Shown: positions 8,989 through 18,086 of the stretch, piece after piece
Layout: each line of letters opens with the position of its first letter
Position numbering within the stretch: position 1 is the stretch's first letter
DNA from: a virus
Strand: one strand, 5' to 3'
Virus genome (UHGV): UHGV-1383976
Length of the DNA: 64,000 nucleotides
Program-made: the position numbers and the translations under genes
The notes under the pieces: model-generated
Told to the model about the DNA's origin: nothing
Seen by the model: the letters and a program-made list of their open reading frames with translations, nothing else
Databases searched by the model: none

Positions 8989-10347
8989 ATGTCAATGGTC
9001 AAAGTAGGATTGCGTTTTCTTGATAAAAATAATGACATTGGTAATAAAACATATTGGTATATTGTAAAAGATAAAAAGGTTTGGGCAGACTTAAACAAAG
9101 CTGCAATGGTAAGCATTTCGACTCAAAATTCAACAGCATTTAAAATCACAAACGAGACTGGATATGGATATAGAGATGCTTGGGTTGTTTGGGTTGATAT
9201 TGATACAGTAAAAGAGGGTGATGATAAAGAACTTGTTGTCATAAGCGAAATTAGAGGATATGATGACACAAGACCCAGAAAGAAGGTTTCTTTTCCTGTT
9301 TGGGGGATTTGTGGAATAAATAGGCCTGAGTGTTATGATAGTTATTTTTCCGAGCCTATATCGTATAACTTTGATGCTGGTTTGGATCTCACTGTAAACA
9401 ATGGCGCATTTTATCTTAATACTTCTGACGGTTATAAGCCGCTCAAGGTTTCGTTTGATGGTTCAATGTCTAATATGACGAACACTTGTGAGTCAGAGAA
9501 TTCTAAACTTCAATCTCTTTTCGGTAGCTCTGAAAATATTACTCATACATTAACTGATACTCTCACTACGTCTAATTTTGAAGACTTGAAAAATTTGATT
9601 TATGAAAAAAATTCATCTATAATAAATACACAAAATAAAAAGGAGAAAAATGAAATGAATATGAAAATTTTTGACACTCAGTTCGGCAAAGTTGATGATG
9701 TAGCAATGTCTATCTATGGCGCGACTTTCAAGACCGTAGGTACTGATGGCCTTGCGCGCTCTATCGCATATGACCCTAATACTCAGGAGTATATCGACGT
9801 CCCCAATGAGATGATTATCGCAAAAGGCTCTTATTGTTATGCCATGCCTTGCACTGCCGATAATCTTCATATTGGTGAGTATATTCGTCATAATGGAGCA
9901 TGGGCACGTGTAATTGATGTTGATGATGCTGCGCGACTTGTAATTGAAAAGATATCGACTCGTGAGGTAGCGACTATTCTGCCTGTACGTTCTATGTTTG
10001 GCTATTCTTTCTATACTAAGCTCATTACTCCATTCCAGAGTGGCTTTACGACTGCTGATGCGGCTCATCCTTTTGGCGATATGCTTCCCTTCCTTATGAT
10101 GGACGATGAAAAGATGGATGATATGCTTCCTCTTATATTGATGATGGGTCAGAACGGTGCGGCGCAGTTTGATATGTCAAATCCTATGATGCTTATGATG
10201 CTTATGAATGAAAAAGATGGCAAGGATTCTGATGTATTCAAAATGATGGCAATGATGTCTATGTTCAATCAGGCAAAGCCTGTTGTTAAGACCGATGCCC
10301 GCCACTGTGAGTGTGATTGTTGCGACACTGAAAGGAAGTCTTACTAA
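8989..10347 (+). CDS. hypothetical protein with Met-rich and Cys-cluster C-terminus
   Basis: 452 aa. The C-terminal 100 aa read MLPFLMMDD...MLPLILMMGQ...MSNPMMLMMLMNE...FKMMAMMSMF...HCECDCCD. Confidence 0.6.
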   Translation: MSMVKVGLRFLDKNNDIGNKTYWYIVKDKKVWADLNKAAMVSISTQNSTAFKITNETGYGYRDAWVVWVDIDTVKEGDDKELVVISEIRGYDDTRPRKKVSFPVWGICGINRPECYDSYFSEPISYNFDAGLDLTVNNGAFYLNTSDGYKPLKVSFDGSMSNMTNTCESENSKLQSLFGSSENITHTLTDTLTTSNFEDLKNLIYEKNSSIINTQNKKEKNEMNMKIFDTQFGKVDDVAMSIYGATFKTVGTDGLARSIAYDPNTQEYIDVPNEMIIAKGSYCYAMPCTADNLHIGEYIRHNGAWARVIDVDDAARLVIEKISTREVATILPVRSMFGYSFYTKLITPFQSGFTTADAAHPFGDMLPFLMMDDEKMDDMLPLILMMGQNGAAQFDMSNPMMLMMLMNEKDGKDSDVFKMMAMMSMFNQAKPVVKTDARHCECDCCDTERKSY

Positions 10348-10802
10348 TGGATAGTCGTATTCAGTATTCGGTTGATTATGAAAATGGGGTTGTGCTGGCT
10401 TGGTTCAACCCCGACGAGATAATGAGCGACCTTATTGAGGAAACTATACATCTTGCTGATAAGATGCAGAATTCAACTTTGCGTTGGGGCGTTGTGTTTG
10501 AGCAGTTTGAAAAGTTTAGAAAGCAGAATAAGACTGCTCTTGGCAATCTGTGCGGTAAGGCAAAGTGTAATATGGATGCGGGAGACAAGTTCGACGTTAA
10601 GATAGGTGAAGAGCTTGCCAAACGCCGTTTGCTTATAAAGGTAGCAAGCCTTCGCTCTCGTTGGTTTTGGAAGCTTGAGTTTATGGTGATGGATGATATG
10701 TTTCGTTTTATCGATCGGCAGTGTCATCATCAGAAGATCGCTTGTGATTATGATGAAGAACTTATAAACTATGCCCCGTTTGGCAGTCAATCTTTACATT
10801 GA
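10347..10802 (+). CDS. hypothetical protein (151 aa)
   Basis: ATGA overlap with the upstream gene. Uninterrupted ORF. Confidence 0.5.
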   Translation: MDSRIQYSVDYENGVVLAWFNPDEIMSDLIEETIHLADKMQNSTLRWGVVFEQFEKFRKQNKTALGNLCGKAKCNMDAGDKFDVKIGEELAKRRLLIKVASLRSRWFWKLEFMVMDDMFRFIDRQCHHQKIACDYDEELINYAPFGSQSLH

Positions 10803-10811
10803 ATTGAAATT

Positions 10812-11369
10812 TTGAAAGGGGCGAGTGCTACGCGAATTGCAAAGAATTTAGATAACTATGACTATACAAATCGGCTCAAAACCCGCAATCTTGATAATAC
10901 TGATATGCTCGATTTCAACTGCGGTGGAGCCGCGCTAATGACGTTTGACGGATTTGTTCCTGACCATGAGCGTGATTCATATGAAGAAGGTATAGATGAA
11001 GATATCGAGGCCGGACTTGCGTCTTGGGAAATTATTGATAGGCTTCTTTGGCGTGATGTTGATGAGATGCTTCATCTATTTGCAGGACGTCTTCGATTGG
11101 CTGATGCGGGAGAACAACCACGAGAAAATGAACGTCTTATTGCGTATCGGGTAGCACTTTCTTATGAAAAAGATGGCGATACAGGCGCACCGTTTGATAC
11201 CGACTTTCATTTCAAATATATGGATAGTGATGGGCAGTGGTATGAGAAAAGAGGGTTTTTCAATCCTATTGAGAAGTGCGATCTTTCTGCCGATTCAATT
11301 TGGGAATGTGGGCCTTTTTGCCCGCCTTATACATCAGATATTGTGTTTATGATGCTTACGAAAATTTGA
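10812..11369 (+). CDS. hypothetical protein; start uncertain (TTG at 10812 or internal ATG)
   Basis: 185-aa ORF. Acidic. Confidence 0.4.
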   Translation: MKGASATRIAKNLDNYDYTNRLKTRNLDNTDMLDFNCGGAALMTFDGFVPDHERDSYEEGIDEDIEAGLASWEIIDRLLWRDVDEMLHLFAGRLRLADAGEQPRENERLIAYRVALSYEKDGDTGAPFDTDFHFKYMDSDGQWYEKRGFFNPIEKCDLSADSIWECGPFCPPYTSDIVFMMLTKI

Positions 11370-11410
11370 TTTTCTTTCAGATTTTTTATATAATATATAT
11401 AGAAAGTTGA
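11366..11410 (+). promoter_or_regulatory. class I promoter
   Basis: TTGATT-17-TATAAT, then ATATATAGAAAGTTGAGAGAGAGGAG. Confidence 0.6.
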
Positions 11411-11427
11411 GAGAGAGGAGCTTGAAA

Positions 11428-11721
11428 ATGGCTAATCGTATAACCCCCGAACAGATAAAACAAATCAATTTAGCTTATCTTTCGTGCCACACATATAGTG
11501 GTGCGGCAAAAGCAGCGGGTGTTAGCCCGTCAACAGCAAAGAAATATATCGATCCAAATTTTCAAGCTCCGGATGCGAATATTGTAGCTAAAGTAGTAGA
11601 GCCGCTACCTATGAATACAATCAATCCGTTTGTGTGCGCGAGTGAAATTTTTGAAGCAACTCAGTTATCTGACGCAGAAAAATCTGAAATGCCATTGTTT
11701 TGGAAGGAGATTTTGATATGA
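11428..11721 (+). CDS. hypothetical protein (97 aa)
   Basis: ATG at 11428 after SD gagagagg. The track start at 11407 includes the SD. Confidence 0.55.
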   Translation: MANRITPEQIKQINLAYLSCHTYSGAAKAAGVSPSTAKKYIDPNFQAPDANIVAKVVEPLPMNTINPFVCASEIFEATQLSDAEKSEMPLFWKEILI

Positions 11722-11999
11722 AAACTTGGTTTATGTATCGAGAGAATCCAGACGGGAAATTTACAATAGTTCCTATTTATAAAAACTTTGGTGAAGATTG
11801 GAAAATAATGGGATCTTGGGCGGTGCTTCCCGCACGGCTGTTTGGATTGAGTTGGGCCGACTATTTACGTTATTGTAGGCAGTGTGGCGCCGATGTGCGA
11901 GGTAAGACGCATCAGTATCCCATTATTGCGTGGAATGAAAAGAATAATGAATTTTTAAATGAATTGAATAAACGCGCGAATCAGTTAATTAAAATTTGA
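11718..11999 (+). CDS. hypothetical protein (93 aa)
   Basis: SD aaggag then the ATG at 11718, overlapping the upstream stop (ATGA). Confidence 0.55.
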   Translation: MKTWFMYRENPDGKFTIVPIYKNFGEDWKIMGSWAVLPARLFGLSWADYLRYCRQCGADVRGKTHQYPIIAWNEKNNEFLNELNKRANQLIKI

Positions 12000-12040
12000 T
12001 TTTTCTAAAAAATTTGTATATAATATATATACAAAATAAG
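11996..12040 (+). promoter_or_regulatory. class I promoter driving tRNA-Leu
   Basis: TTGATT-17-TATAAT, then atatatacaaaataag, then the tRNA at +20. Confidence 0.55.
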
Positions 12041-12044
12041 AAAT

Positions 12045-12130
12045 GCGGGTGTGTCGGAATGGGTAGACGATATGGACTTAAAATCCATTGGCGGGATGCT
12101 GTACGGGTTCGAGTCCCGTCACCCGTACCA
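12045..12130 (+). tRNA. tRNA-Leu(TAA), type II, CCA encoded
   Basis: Acceptor gcgggtg/cacccgt. Anticodon arm atgga-cttaaaa-tccat. Long variable arm. T-arm gggttcgagtccc. Confidence 0.8.
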
Positions 12131-12313
12131 AATGATAATAAGTAGTGCAGTGAATTCTTCCTAAGCCAATGTGTATGGTAGGCCAATCAAGATAATTAGG
12201 GTTAAGTATTCATGGGTCATGCACGGCTCTGCTTATTATCATTACCAACTGTCGTTCTCAATAGCGACTTAGAAGCAATTCTCAAAAAGTATCAAAAAGA
12301 AAGGAGAAAAGGG

Positions 12314-13216
12314 ATGTCATTTTTCGTAAGGACAGCAACTGATCGGTATGGGGATACAAATAGTTATCCTCGTTGGGGCAGAATAGTGGGATGCGCTATA
12401 GGAGCACTACTTGTTCTGATTATAATTCTCTCTTGTTTCACCAAAGTTCCTACTGGTAATACTGGTATCGTCACTACATTTGGTAAGGTTGAGAATTATA
12501 CGCTGGATTCAGGTTTTCATCTAAAGGCTCCATGGCAGAAGATAGTTAAGATGGATAATCGCGTTCAGAAGCAGAGTATTGATTTGATGTGTTTTTCTTC
12601 TGATATTCAGGAAGTATCTATGACTTATACAATTAACTTCCAGATTAGTAAGAGTGATGCAATGACGATTTATTCTACCATCGGAACTCATTATTATGAA
12701 ACCGTTATTATGCCTTGTATTACTGAGTCAGTTAAGACAGTTTGCGCACGATATACCGCTGAAGAGTTAGTGGGCATGAGAAGTGAACTTGCTTCAGCAA
12801 TAGAGGCAGATCTTTCTGAGAAGCTAATTAATTACAACATAGAGCTTGTTTCTACCTCTGTTGAGAACATGGATTTTACTGATGTCTTTACTGATGCTGT
12901 TGAAGCAAAGCAGGTTGCAGCACAGAATAAGCTCACTGCACAGACTCGTGCCGAGCAGGAAGTTATTGAAGCCGAAGCGGCGGCTAAGGTTCAGGTAATT
13001 CAGGCACAGGCTGATGCAGATGCCATGGTTGCTAAGGCCCAAGCCGAGGCAGAAGCAACTCGGATTCGTGCAGAAGCTGAAGCAGAAGCCAATGCAAAGG
13101 TCGCAGCGTCTCTAACAAATGCACTAATTGATTATACTTATGCGCAGCATTGGGATGGTAAGTATCCTACCTATTATGGTGGTAACGGTACAACTCCTGT
13201 TATCGATCTTAGATAA
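12314..13216 (+). CDS. SPFH/band-7 (prohibitin/HflK-like) membrane protein
   Basis: N-terminal transmembrane segment CAIGALLVLIIILSCF. SPFH core ...TGIVTTFGKVENYTLDSGFHLKAPWQKIV.... Ala/Glu-rich coiled-coil tail. Start taken at the ATG at 12314 with SD aaaggag. Confidence 0.7.
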   Translation: MSFFVRTATDRYGDTNSYPRWGRIVGCAIGALLVLIIILSCFTKVPTGNTGIVTTFGKVENYTLDSGFHLKAPWQKIVKMDNRVQKQSIDLMCFSSDIQEVSMTYTINFQISKSDAMTIYSTIGTHYYETVIMPCITESVKTVCARYTAEELVGMRSELASAIEADLSEKLINYNIELVSTSVENMDFTDVFTDAVEAKQVAAQNKLTAQTRAEQEVIEAEAAAKVQVIQAQADADAMVAKAQAEAEATRIRAEAEAEANAKVAASLTNALIDYTYAQHWDGKYPTYYGGNGTTPVIDLR

Positions 13217-13254
13217 ATAAATGAGCTGGCATCTCAATAAACTGCCATTAATAT

Positions 13255-13330
13255 GCCCAGATAGCTCAGCAGGTAGAGCAGAGGATTGAAGATCCCCGTG
13301 TCGCTAGTTCGATTCTGGCTCTGGGCACCA
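13255..13330 (+). tRNA. tRNA-Phe(GAA), CCA encoded
   Basis: Acceptor gcccaga/tctgggc. Anticodon loop ttGAAga. T-arm gctagttcgattctggc. One A-C mismatch in the anticodon stem. Confidence 0.7.
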
Positions 13331-13358
13331 TTTGGGATTGTTTACTGTTTCTTGTTCC

Positions 13359-13398
13359 CTTAATTGCAAAAGTGCATGAGTAGCAATTAAAAAACATC
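13359..13398 (+). terminator. intrinsic terminator after tRNA-Phe
   Basis: taattgcaaaagtgcatgagtagcaattaaaaaaca. Confidence 0.5.
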
Positions 13399-13501
13399 TA
13401 AGCGGCGTGTATCGTTGGTCATTCGAGGGCTATGTCAAGGCTTAAAAGACCACAGTCGATTGGGGTTGGTAAACCTCCTGCGGGGAAGCTTCCATTATTA
13501 T

Positions 13502-13584
13502 GGGCGAGTGGTGGAACTGGTAGACACAGTAGCCTTAGGAGCTACCACTTCAGTGTAGGGGTTCGAGTCCCCTCCCGCCCACCA
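13502..13584 (+). tRNA. tRNA-Leu(TAG), type II, CCA encoded
   Basis: Anticodon arm gtagc-cttagga-gctac. T-arm aggggttcgagtcccct. Acceptor has one A-C mismatch. Confidence 0.7.
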
Positions 13585-13704
13585 TAAGTCTCCAAGAGGA
13601 TGGATTCCGGCTAAACTACCACCGGCGCACAATGTGTGATATGTGGCTTTGTCATTTGTGGAGACTATAATAAATAAAAACGAAAGTAAGCCGTTTTGAA
13701 ATAT

Positions 13705-13789
13705 GGGGGATTGGTGAAATAGGTAGACACGTGGCACTCAAAATGCTATGGCGAGAGCCGTATCAGTTCAAATCTGATATCCCCTACCA
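13705..13789 (+). tRNA. tRNA-Leu(CAA), type II, CCA encoded
   Basis: Acceptor gggggat/atcccct. Anticodon arm tggca-ctcaaaa-tgcta. T-arm atcagttcaaatctgat. Confidence 0.7.
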
Positions 13790-13812
13790 TTTACACAATA
13801 AAAGGAGATAAA

Positions 13813-14397
13813 ATGTCAAAGAATTTTTACATTAGTGACACCCATTTTGGACACGCTAACATTCTGAGATTTGATAGACGCCCATTCAATTCTGTTGAAG
13901 AAATGAACGCCGCGCTCATCAAGAATTGGAATGACGCAGTTGACCCGAATGACAATATTTACATACTGGGCGATTTTTGCTGGGGCAAGTCTGATGAATG
14001 GATTGATATTTTGTCTCAGCTCCAAGGCAACAAATATCTTATTGCAGGCAACCATGACTTGCGTAATCCTCCTTCTACTGTGCGGCGGTTCTTTCAGGAT
14101 TGGCGCGACTACAAAGAAATTTCTAACAACGATCGTAAGGTTATAATGTGTCATTATCCGATTCCATTTTACAAGTCAGATTACAACTCAAACACTTATA
14201 TGTTATTTGGTCATTTGCATACAACATTTGAGAATGAATATCTGGAAAATTTGCGATATCAAATAGAAAATGATCCTTATGAGCGGCCAGCCAAAAATCT
14301 TTGTCAGTTTTATAACGTCGGCTGTATGATGCCGTGGATGGACTATACACCGCGCACATTGGATGAAATTGTAGATGGATTTGCTAAGTTCCATTGA
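13813..14397 (+). CDS. calcineurin-like metallophosphoesterase
   Basis: ISDTHFGH...YILGDF...GNHD motifs. 194 aa. Confidence 0.7.
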   Translation: MSKNFYISDTHFGHANILRFDRRPFNSVEEMNAALIKNWNDAVDPNDNIYILGDFCWGKSDEWIDILSQLQGNKYLIAGNHDLRNPPSTVRRFFQDWRDYKEISNNDRKVIMCHYPIPFYKSDYNSNTYMLFGHLHTTFENEYLENLRYQIENDPYERPAKNLCQFYNVGCMMPWMDYTPRTLDEIVDGFAKFH

Positions 14398-14409
14398 AGG
14401 GGAATAGGC

Positions 14410-14961
14410 ATGGCAGTAAATAAAGGATATTTAACAGCAAAAACAGATAAAGAGTCTGATGAAGTATATACACCAGCATATGCTGTTCGACCTTTGGTTA
14501 AGTATTTGCGATTTTTTGAAAAAATAAAGGGGCATCCAATAAAAATTTGGTGTCCTTTTGATACGCAAAGCTCGCAATATGTTCAAGTGTTTAGAGAAGC
14601 TGGTTTTGAGGTTATTCACTCTCATATTGAGGAAGGGAAAAATTTCTTTTTCTACGAACCCGATGAACGGTATGATATTATTATTTCGAATCCACCTTTT
14701 TCACAAAAGGACAATGTTTTGAAACGTTTGTTTGAGTTAAACAAGCCATATGCGATGTTATTGCCAATTCCAGCCTTGCAAGGGCAAAAGCGTTTCCCTT
14801 ATATAAAAGATGGACTACAATATCTTGGTTTTGATAAGAGAATTAATTATTATACTAATGCAGATTTTTCTCAAGTGCAAAAAGGGGTTTCTTTTGGTTC
14901 TTGTTATTTGTGTAAGCAATTTCTTCCAAGAGATTTAATTCTTGAAGAGTTGGAAGCGTAA
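14410..14961 (+). CDS. small NPPF-motif protein, phage Dam-like N6-adenine DNA methyltransferase candidate
   Basis: DIIISNPPFSQKDNVLKRL resembles MTase motif IV. Paralog of 16582..17358. Confidence 0.45.
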   Translation: MAVNKGYLTAKTDKESDEVYTPAYAVRPLVKYLRFFEKIKGHPIKIWCPFDTQSSQYVQVFREAGFEVIHSHIEEGKNFFFYEPDERYDIIISNPPFSQKDNVLKRLFELNKPYAMLLPIPALQGQKRFPYIKDGLQYLGFDKRINYYTNADFSQVQKGVSFGSCYLCKQFLPRDLILEELEA

Positions 14962-14966
14962 AAAAT

Positions 14967-15054
14967 GCGGGATGAACTCAGACGGCTCTGAAACCGGTCT
15001 TGAAAACCGTGGGCAGGCAAAACCTGTGGGGATCGACACCTCCGTCCCGCGCCA
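14967..15054 (+). tRNA. tRNA-Ser(TGA), type II, CCA encoded
   Basis: Acceptor gcgggat/gtcccgc. Anticodon arm ccggt-cttgaaa-accgt. Variable arm gggcaggcaaaacctgtgg. Atypical T-loop. Confidence 0.6.
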
Positions 15055-15058
15055 ATAT

Positions 15059-15144
15059 GCGGAGTAAATTTAGAAGGTCTAAAGCTCCCCTGCTAAGGGA
15101 TGCGTGGTGAAAACCATGGGGTTCGCGTCCTCTGCTCCGCGCCA
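15059..15144 (+). tRNA. tRNA-Ser(GCT), type II, CCA encoded
   Basis: Acceptor gcggagt/gctccgc. Anticodon loop ctGCTaa. Variable arm tgcgtggtgaaaaccatg. Confidence 0.6.
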
Positions 15145-15232
15145 GCCCCATCTTCAGTTCTATAGCTGGTGAAGATGGATAGGCGATGAAGTATAGCAAT
15201 AATATGGCATGAGAACTATGATAGTGTTTCAT

Positions 15233-15322
15233 GAGAGCGTAACTCAGTCGGTAGAGTTTTATAGCGTGAAGGGATATGCTATTGAATGCCCTTAGTCGCC
15301 AGTTCGAATCTGGCCGCTCTCA
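15233..15322 (+). tRNA. tRNA-like gene with oversized anticodon region (pseudo-tRNA or insert-containing tRNA); no encoded CCA
   Basis: Perfect acceptor gagagcg/cgctctc, D-arm and T-arm gccagttcgaatctggc. A 40-nt stretch between them contains the stem aaggg/ccctt around a 15-nt loop, atatgctattgaatg. Confidence 0.4.
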
Positions 15323-15350
15323 TTAAAAATATATATGAAGAGGAATAGTT

Positions 15351-15605
15351 ATGGCAATTAATATCATTAGTAAAGGAATAGATTTAAATAATCCTACCTA
15401 TGAAACACAGTGTCCTCATTGTAAATGTGTGTTTACCTATCAAGATTCTGATACTACTCAAAAACCTACTGGTAGATATTATAAAGATTTTGAGGAGTAT
15501 TTCATTAAGATGGATGATTGCAATAGGAAAGAAATTGCTGTGTATATTGATTGCCCTTGGTGCCATGAAAGAAACCATGTGAAAGATAAATATGTAAAAA
15601 TATAA
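15351..15605 (+). CDS. zinc-finger protein (84 aa)
   Basis: CPHCKC...CPWCHERNH. SD agaggaatagttATG. Confidence 0.55.
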   Translation: MAINIISKGIDLNNPTYETQCPHCKCVFTYQDSDTTQKPTGRYYKDFEEYFIKMDDCNRKEIAVYIDCPWCHERNHVKDKYVKI

Positions 15606-15610
15606 TAAAT

Positions 15611-15643
15611 GGCTCAGTAGCTCAGAGGCAGAGCGTGCGGCTG
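15611..15643 (+). other. truncated tRNA 5' fragment (acceptor 5' strand plus D-arm only)
   Basis: ggctcag-ta-gctcagaggcagagc is a canonical tRNA 5' third. No anticodon arm, T-arm or 3' acceptor follows. The PD-(D/E)xK-like gene at 15667 is inserted immediately downstream. Confidence 0.45.
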
Positions 15644-15666
15644 TTTACTTGACCTTATCATTCTTT

Positions 15667-16098
15667 ATGAAAAAGATAATGAATAGTAAGCAAAAAGGAA
15701 ACATTACAGAACTTGAAACAATGTTAGCATTTCTAAAACTTGGTTATAATGTTTTAACTCCATATGGAGATTGTGAGAGATATGACTTTGTTGTAGATGT
15801 TAATGGAAAATTTATTCGAGTTCAAGCTAAAACATCAAATACTGAAGATGATGGTGCATCATTTAAATTTTCTTGTAGAAGTTGCAATAGAAAAGATGGT
15901 AAAATTGTGCATCATATATATTTAAGCGAAGAAATTGATTACTTCGTAACTACTTTTAATGGAAAATGTTATTTAATTCCAGTTGAAGAGTGCGGAGCTG
16001 ATAAAAGACTTCGTATTCTTCCAACAAAAAATGGACAGGTAAGAGGTATTACTTGGGCAAAAGATTATGAATTGGAGGAAGTAGTAAAGAATTGGTAA
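15667..16098 (+). CDS. PD-(D/E)xK-like nuclease family protein (paralog of 17599..17958), possible homing-type endonuclease in the tRNA island
   Basis: GDCERYDFVVDVNGKFIRVQAKTSN is a D...(E/Q)xK-like core. Start at the ATG at 15667 (MKKIMN). Confidence 0.45.
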   Translation: MKKIMNSKQKGNITELETMLAFLKLGYNVLTPYGDCERYDFVVDVNGKFIRVQAKTSNTEDDGASFKFSCRSCNRKDGKIVHHIYLSEEIDYFVTTFNGKCYLIPVEECGADKRLRILPTKNGQVRGITWAKDYELEEVVKNW

Positions 16099-16158
16099 GC
16101 TGATGTGTAAGCAACCGCAAGGTCGAGATATCGTAATTCTCCTGAGCCTCCATATTAT

Positions 16159-16234
16159 GCGCCATTAGCTCAGTTGGTAGAGCATGGCACTTTTAATGCT
16201 GGGGTCTGCGGTTCAAGTCCGCAATGGCGCACCA
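16159..16234 (+). tRNA. tRNA-Lys(TTT), CCA encoded
   Basis: Acceptor gcgccat/atggcgc. Anticodon loop ctTTTaa. T-arm tgcggttcaagtccgca. Confidence 0.8.
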
Positions 16235-16254
16235 TAAATTTTGGAGGAAGTAAA

Positions 16255-16515
16255 ATGAAGCTGACAGAGAAAGGGACAATTGTATTTGCCGCTGCGTTAG
16301 AGCATTGTCCCAATGAACCTTTTACAGCGGCCAGTTTATCAACAAAGTGTGGCCTTCCTATTTCTGCAGCTACACTCAATGGTATCACCAATCAGGGACT
16401 TATGACTCGACTTGGCGGTTCGCCCGTTAAGTTTGAGTTAGTTTCTAACGCGAAAGACTTGTATAACAAGGCGCGCGAAGGCAAATCGGCGAATGAAAAT
16501 TTAAATAAAGCGTAG
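16255..16515 (+). CDS. hypothetical protein (86 aa)
   Basis: SD ggaggaagtaaaATG at 16255. The track ORF start at 16174 overlaps the tRNA. Confidence 0.5.
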   Translation: MKLTEKGTIVFAAALEHCPNEPFTAASLSTKCGLPISAATLNGITNQGLMTRLGGSPVKFELVSNAKDLYNKAREGKSANENLNKA

Positions 16516-16581
16516 GTTGCGAAAAATGATGAGTTTTATACTCAATATCAAGACATTGAAAAAGAGATTCTGCAGTATGAC

Positions 16582-17358
16582 TTGCGTGGTAAAAAGGTTT
16601 TATGTAATTGTAATGATGGTTTGACAAGTGAGTTCTTAAATTATTTTGTCAATAATTTTGATTGTCTTGAACTTGATGAACTTGTTTGTTTGACTTATAA
16701 TAAAGATGGAAAGGCATATAAGTATACCAAGCGTCCTAAAGTTGACCTTATGGTTGAACCACTCATCGGTTCTGGTGCATTTGATTCACAGGAAGGCCGA
16801 GATGCTCTTGCCGCTTGTGATATTGTTATAACAAATCCTCCCTTTAGTCAATTTCGAGATTTTGTCAATTTGATTTTGTCTTACAAAAAAGATTTTTTGA
16901 TAATTGGCAGTAAAAATGCTATTACCTACAAAGAATTTTTTCCACTTTTAATGAGTGGTAAAGTTCATATTGGCAATTTCAATGTTTCTACTTTTAAACA
17001 GCCAGATGGTACTGATAAAAAATTTGGTAATATCGGTTGGTTTACGACTCTTTCTGTTGTAAAAGCGGCACAACCAATTCCTTTAACAGCAACCTATGAT
17101 CCGCAAAATTATCCTACTTATGATAACTTCCGTGCAATTGAAGTAAGTCGCACAGCTAATATTCCTAAGGACTATGATGGCGTAATGGGGGTTCCTATTT
17201 CATTTCTGGACAAATTTTGTCCTACTCAATTTAAAATTGTTGGATGGAGTCGTCATAATGACGAAGGAATGGATGGCGGATACTGGACGGGTGGTTGTGC
17301 TGATGCTACTATAAATGGTAAGCAAGTTTATCGCAGAATTTTGATTCAGAAAATTTGA
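16582..17358 (+). CDS. NPPF-motif protein, Dam-like DNA methyltransferase candidate (paralog of 14410..14961)
   Basis: DIVITNPPFSQFRDFVNLI. 258 aa. Confidence 0.45.
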   Translation: MRGKKVLCNCNDGLTSEFLNYFVNNFDCLELDELVCLTYNKDGKAYKYTKRPKVDLMVEPLIGSGAFDSQEGRDALAACDIVITNPPFSQFRDFVNLILSYKKDFLIIGSKNAITYKEFFPLLMSGKVHIGNFNVSTFKQPDGTDKKFGNIGWFTTLSVVKAAQPIPLTATYDPQNYPTYDNFRAIEVSRTANIPKDYDGVMGVPISFLDKFCPTQFKIVGWSRHNDEGMDGGYWTGGCADATINGKQVYRRILIQKI

Positions 17359-17400
17359 TTTTTATTAAAATTTTCGATATAATATATATAGAAAGTTGAG
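17355..17400 (+). promoter_or_regulatory. class I promoter
   Basis: TTGATT-17-TATAAT, then ATATATAGAAAGTTGAGAGAGAAAC. Confidence 0.6.
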
Positions 17401-17598
17401 AGAGAAACTTCCAGAGGTTGCGAATTAGCTATTCAATACAAAATCTCTCAAAATGATAAGGTTTTCGGTGTTTTACTTATCGGTTTTCTATGCAAAATGG
17501 TTCTAACAAGCCAGCGTGCGCGCGAGTAAAAGTTGTTAATAAGCGGTTGGCATACGTGATAAGCCGTTGCCCCAGCGAGAAGATTTAATAAATCTTCT

Positions 17599-17958
17599 TT
17601 GTTGGTGGTGTTTAATAAAAATGCGTCAGTAGCAACCCAGTGGTATGATTTGATTATAGAAAAAGATGATAAATTTGAAACAGTACAATGTAAGTGTACT
17701 GGTTCTCAGAACAACGTCATTAGTCTAAAGTCTTGTGGCGGTACAAAAGGTGAAGCTTATGACAATGTTCTTAATCATTCTGGGCTTGATAAATTATTTT
17801 GCGTGGATATAAATGGTAATATGTACGTGATCCCGATGTCAGAGGTTGTGGCATCTGGAAATACTAAGCAAATTACTTTACGTACTGAACCCACAGCAAA
17901 TAATCAAGGTTTTCAAACTCATAAATTTCGAGTTCAATTCTCGTTTCAAGCGTCGTAA
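17599..17958 (+). CDS. PD-(D/E)xK-like nuclease paralog, N-terminally shortened; GTG or TTG start, possible pseudogene
   Basis: WYDLIIEKDDKFETVQCKCTG aligns with YDFVVDVNGKFIRVQAKTS of 15667..16098. No in-frame ATG near the 5' end. Confidence 0.4.
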   Translation: MLVVFNKNASVATQWYDLIIEKDDKFETVQCKCTGSQNNVISLKSCGGTKGEAYDNVLNHSGLDKLFCVDINGNMYVIPMSEVVASGNTKQITLRTEPTANNQGFQTHKFRVQFSFQAS

Positions 17959-18008
17959 ACCCGTTTCCTTCGAGAGTAACTGGATCGACACCAGTCTGAC
18001 GCACCATT

Positions 18009-18082
18009 TCGGGAATGTGGTGTAATGGTAGCACACTTGATTTGGGGTCAAGGAGAGTGGTTCGAATCCAACATTTCCGACC
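18009..18082 (+). tRNA. tRNA-Pro(TGG), CCA encoded
   Basis: Acceptor cgggaat/atttccg. Anticodon arm cttga-tttgggg-tcaag. Weak T-stem (3 bp). Confidence 0.55.
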
Positions 18083-18086
18083 AAGA

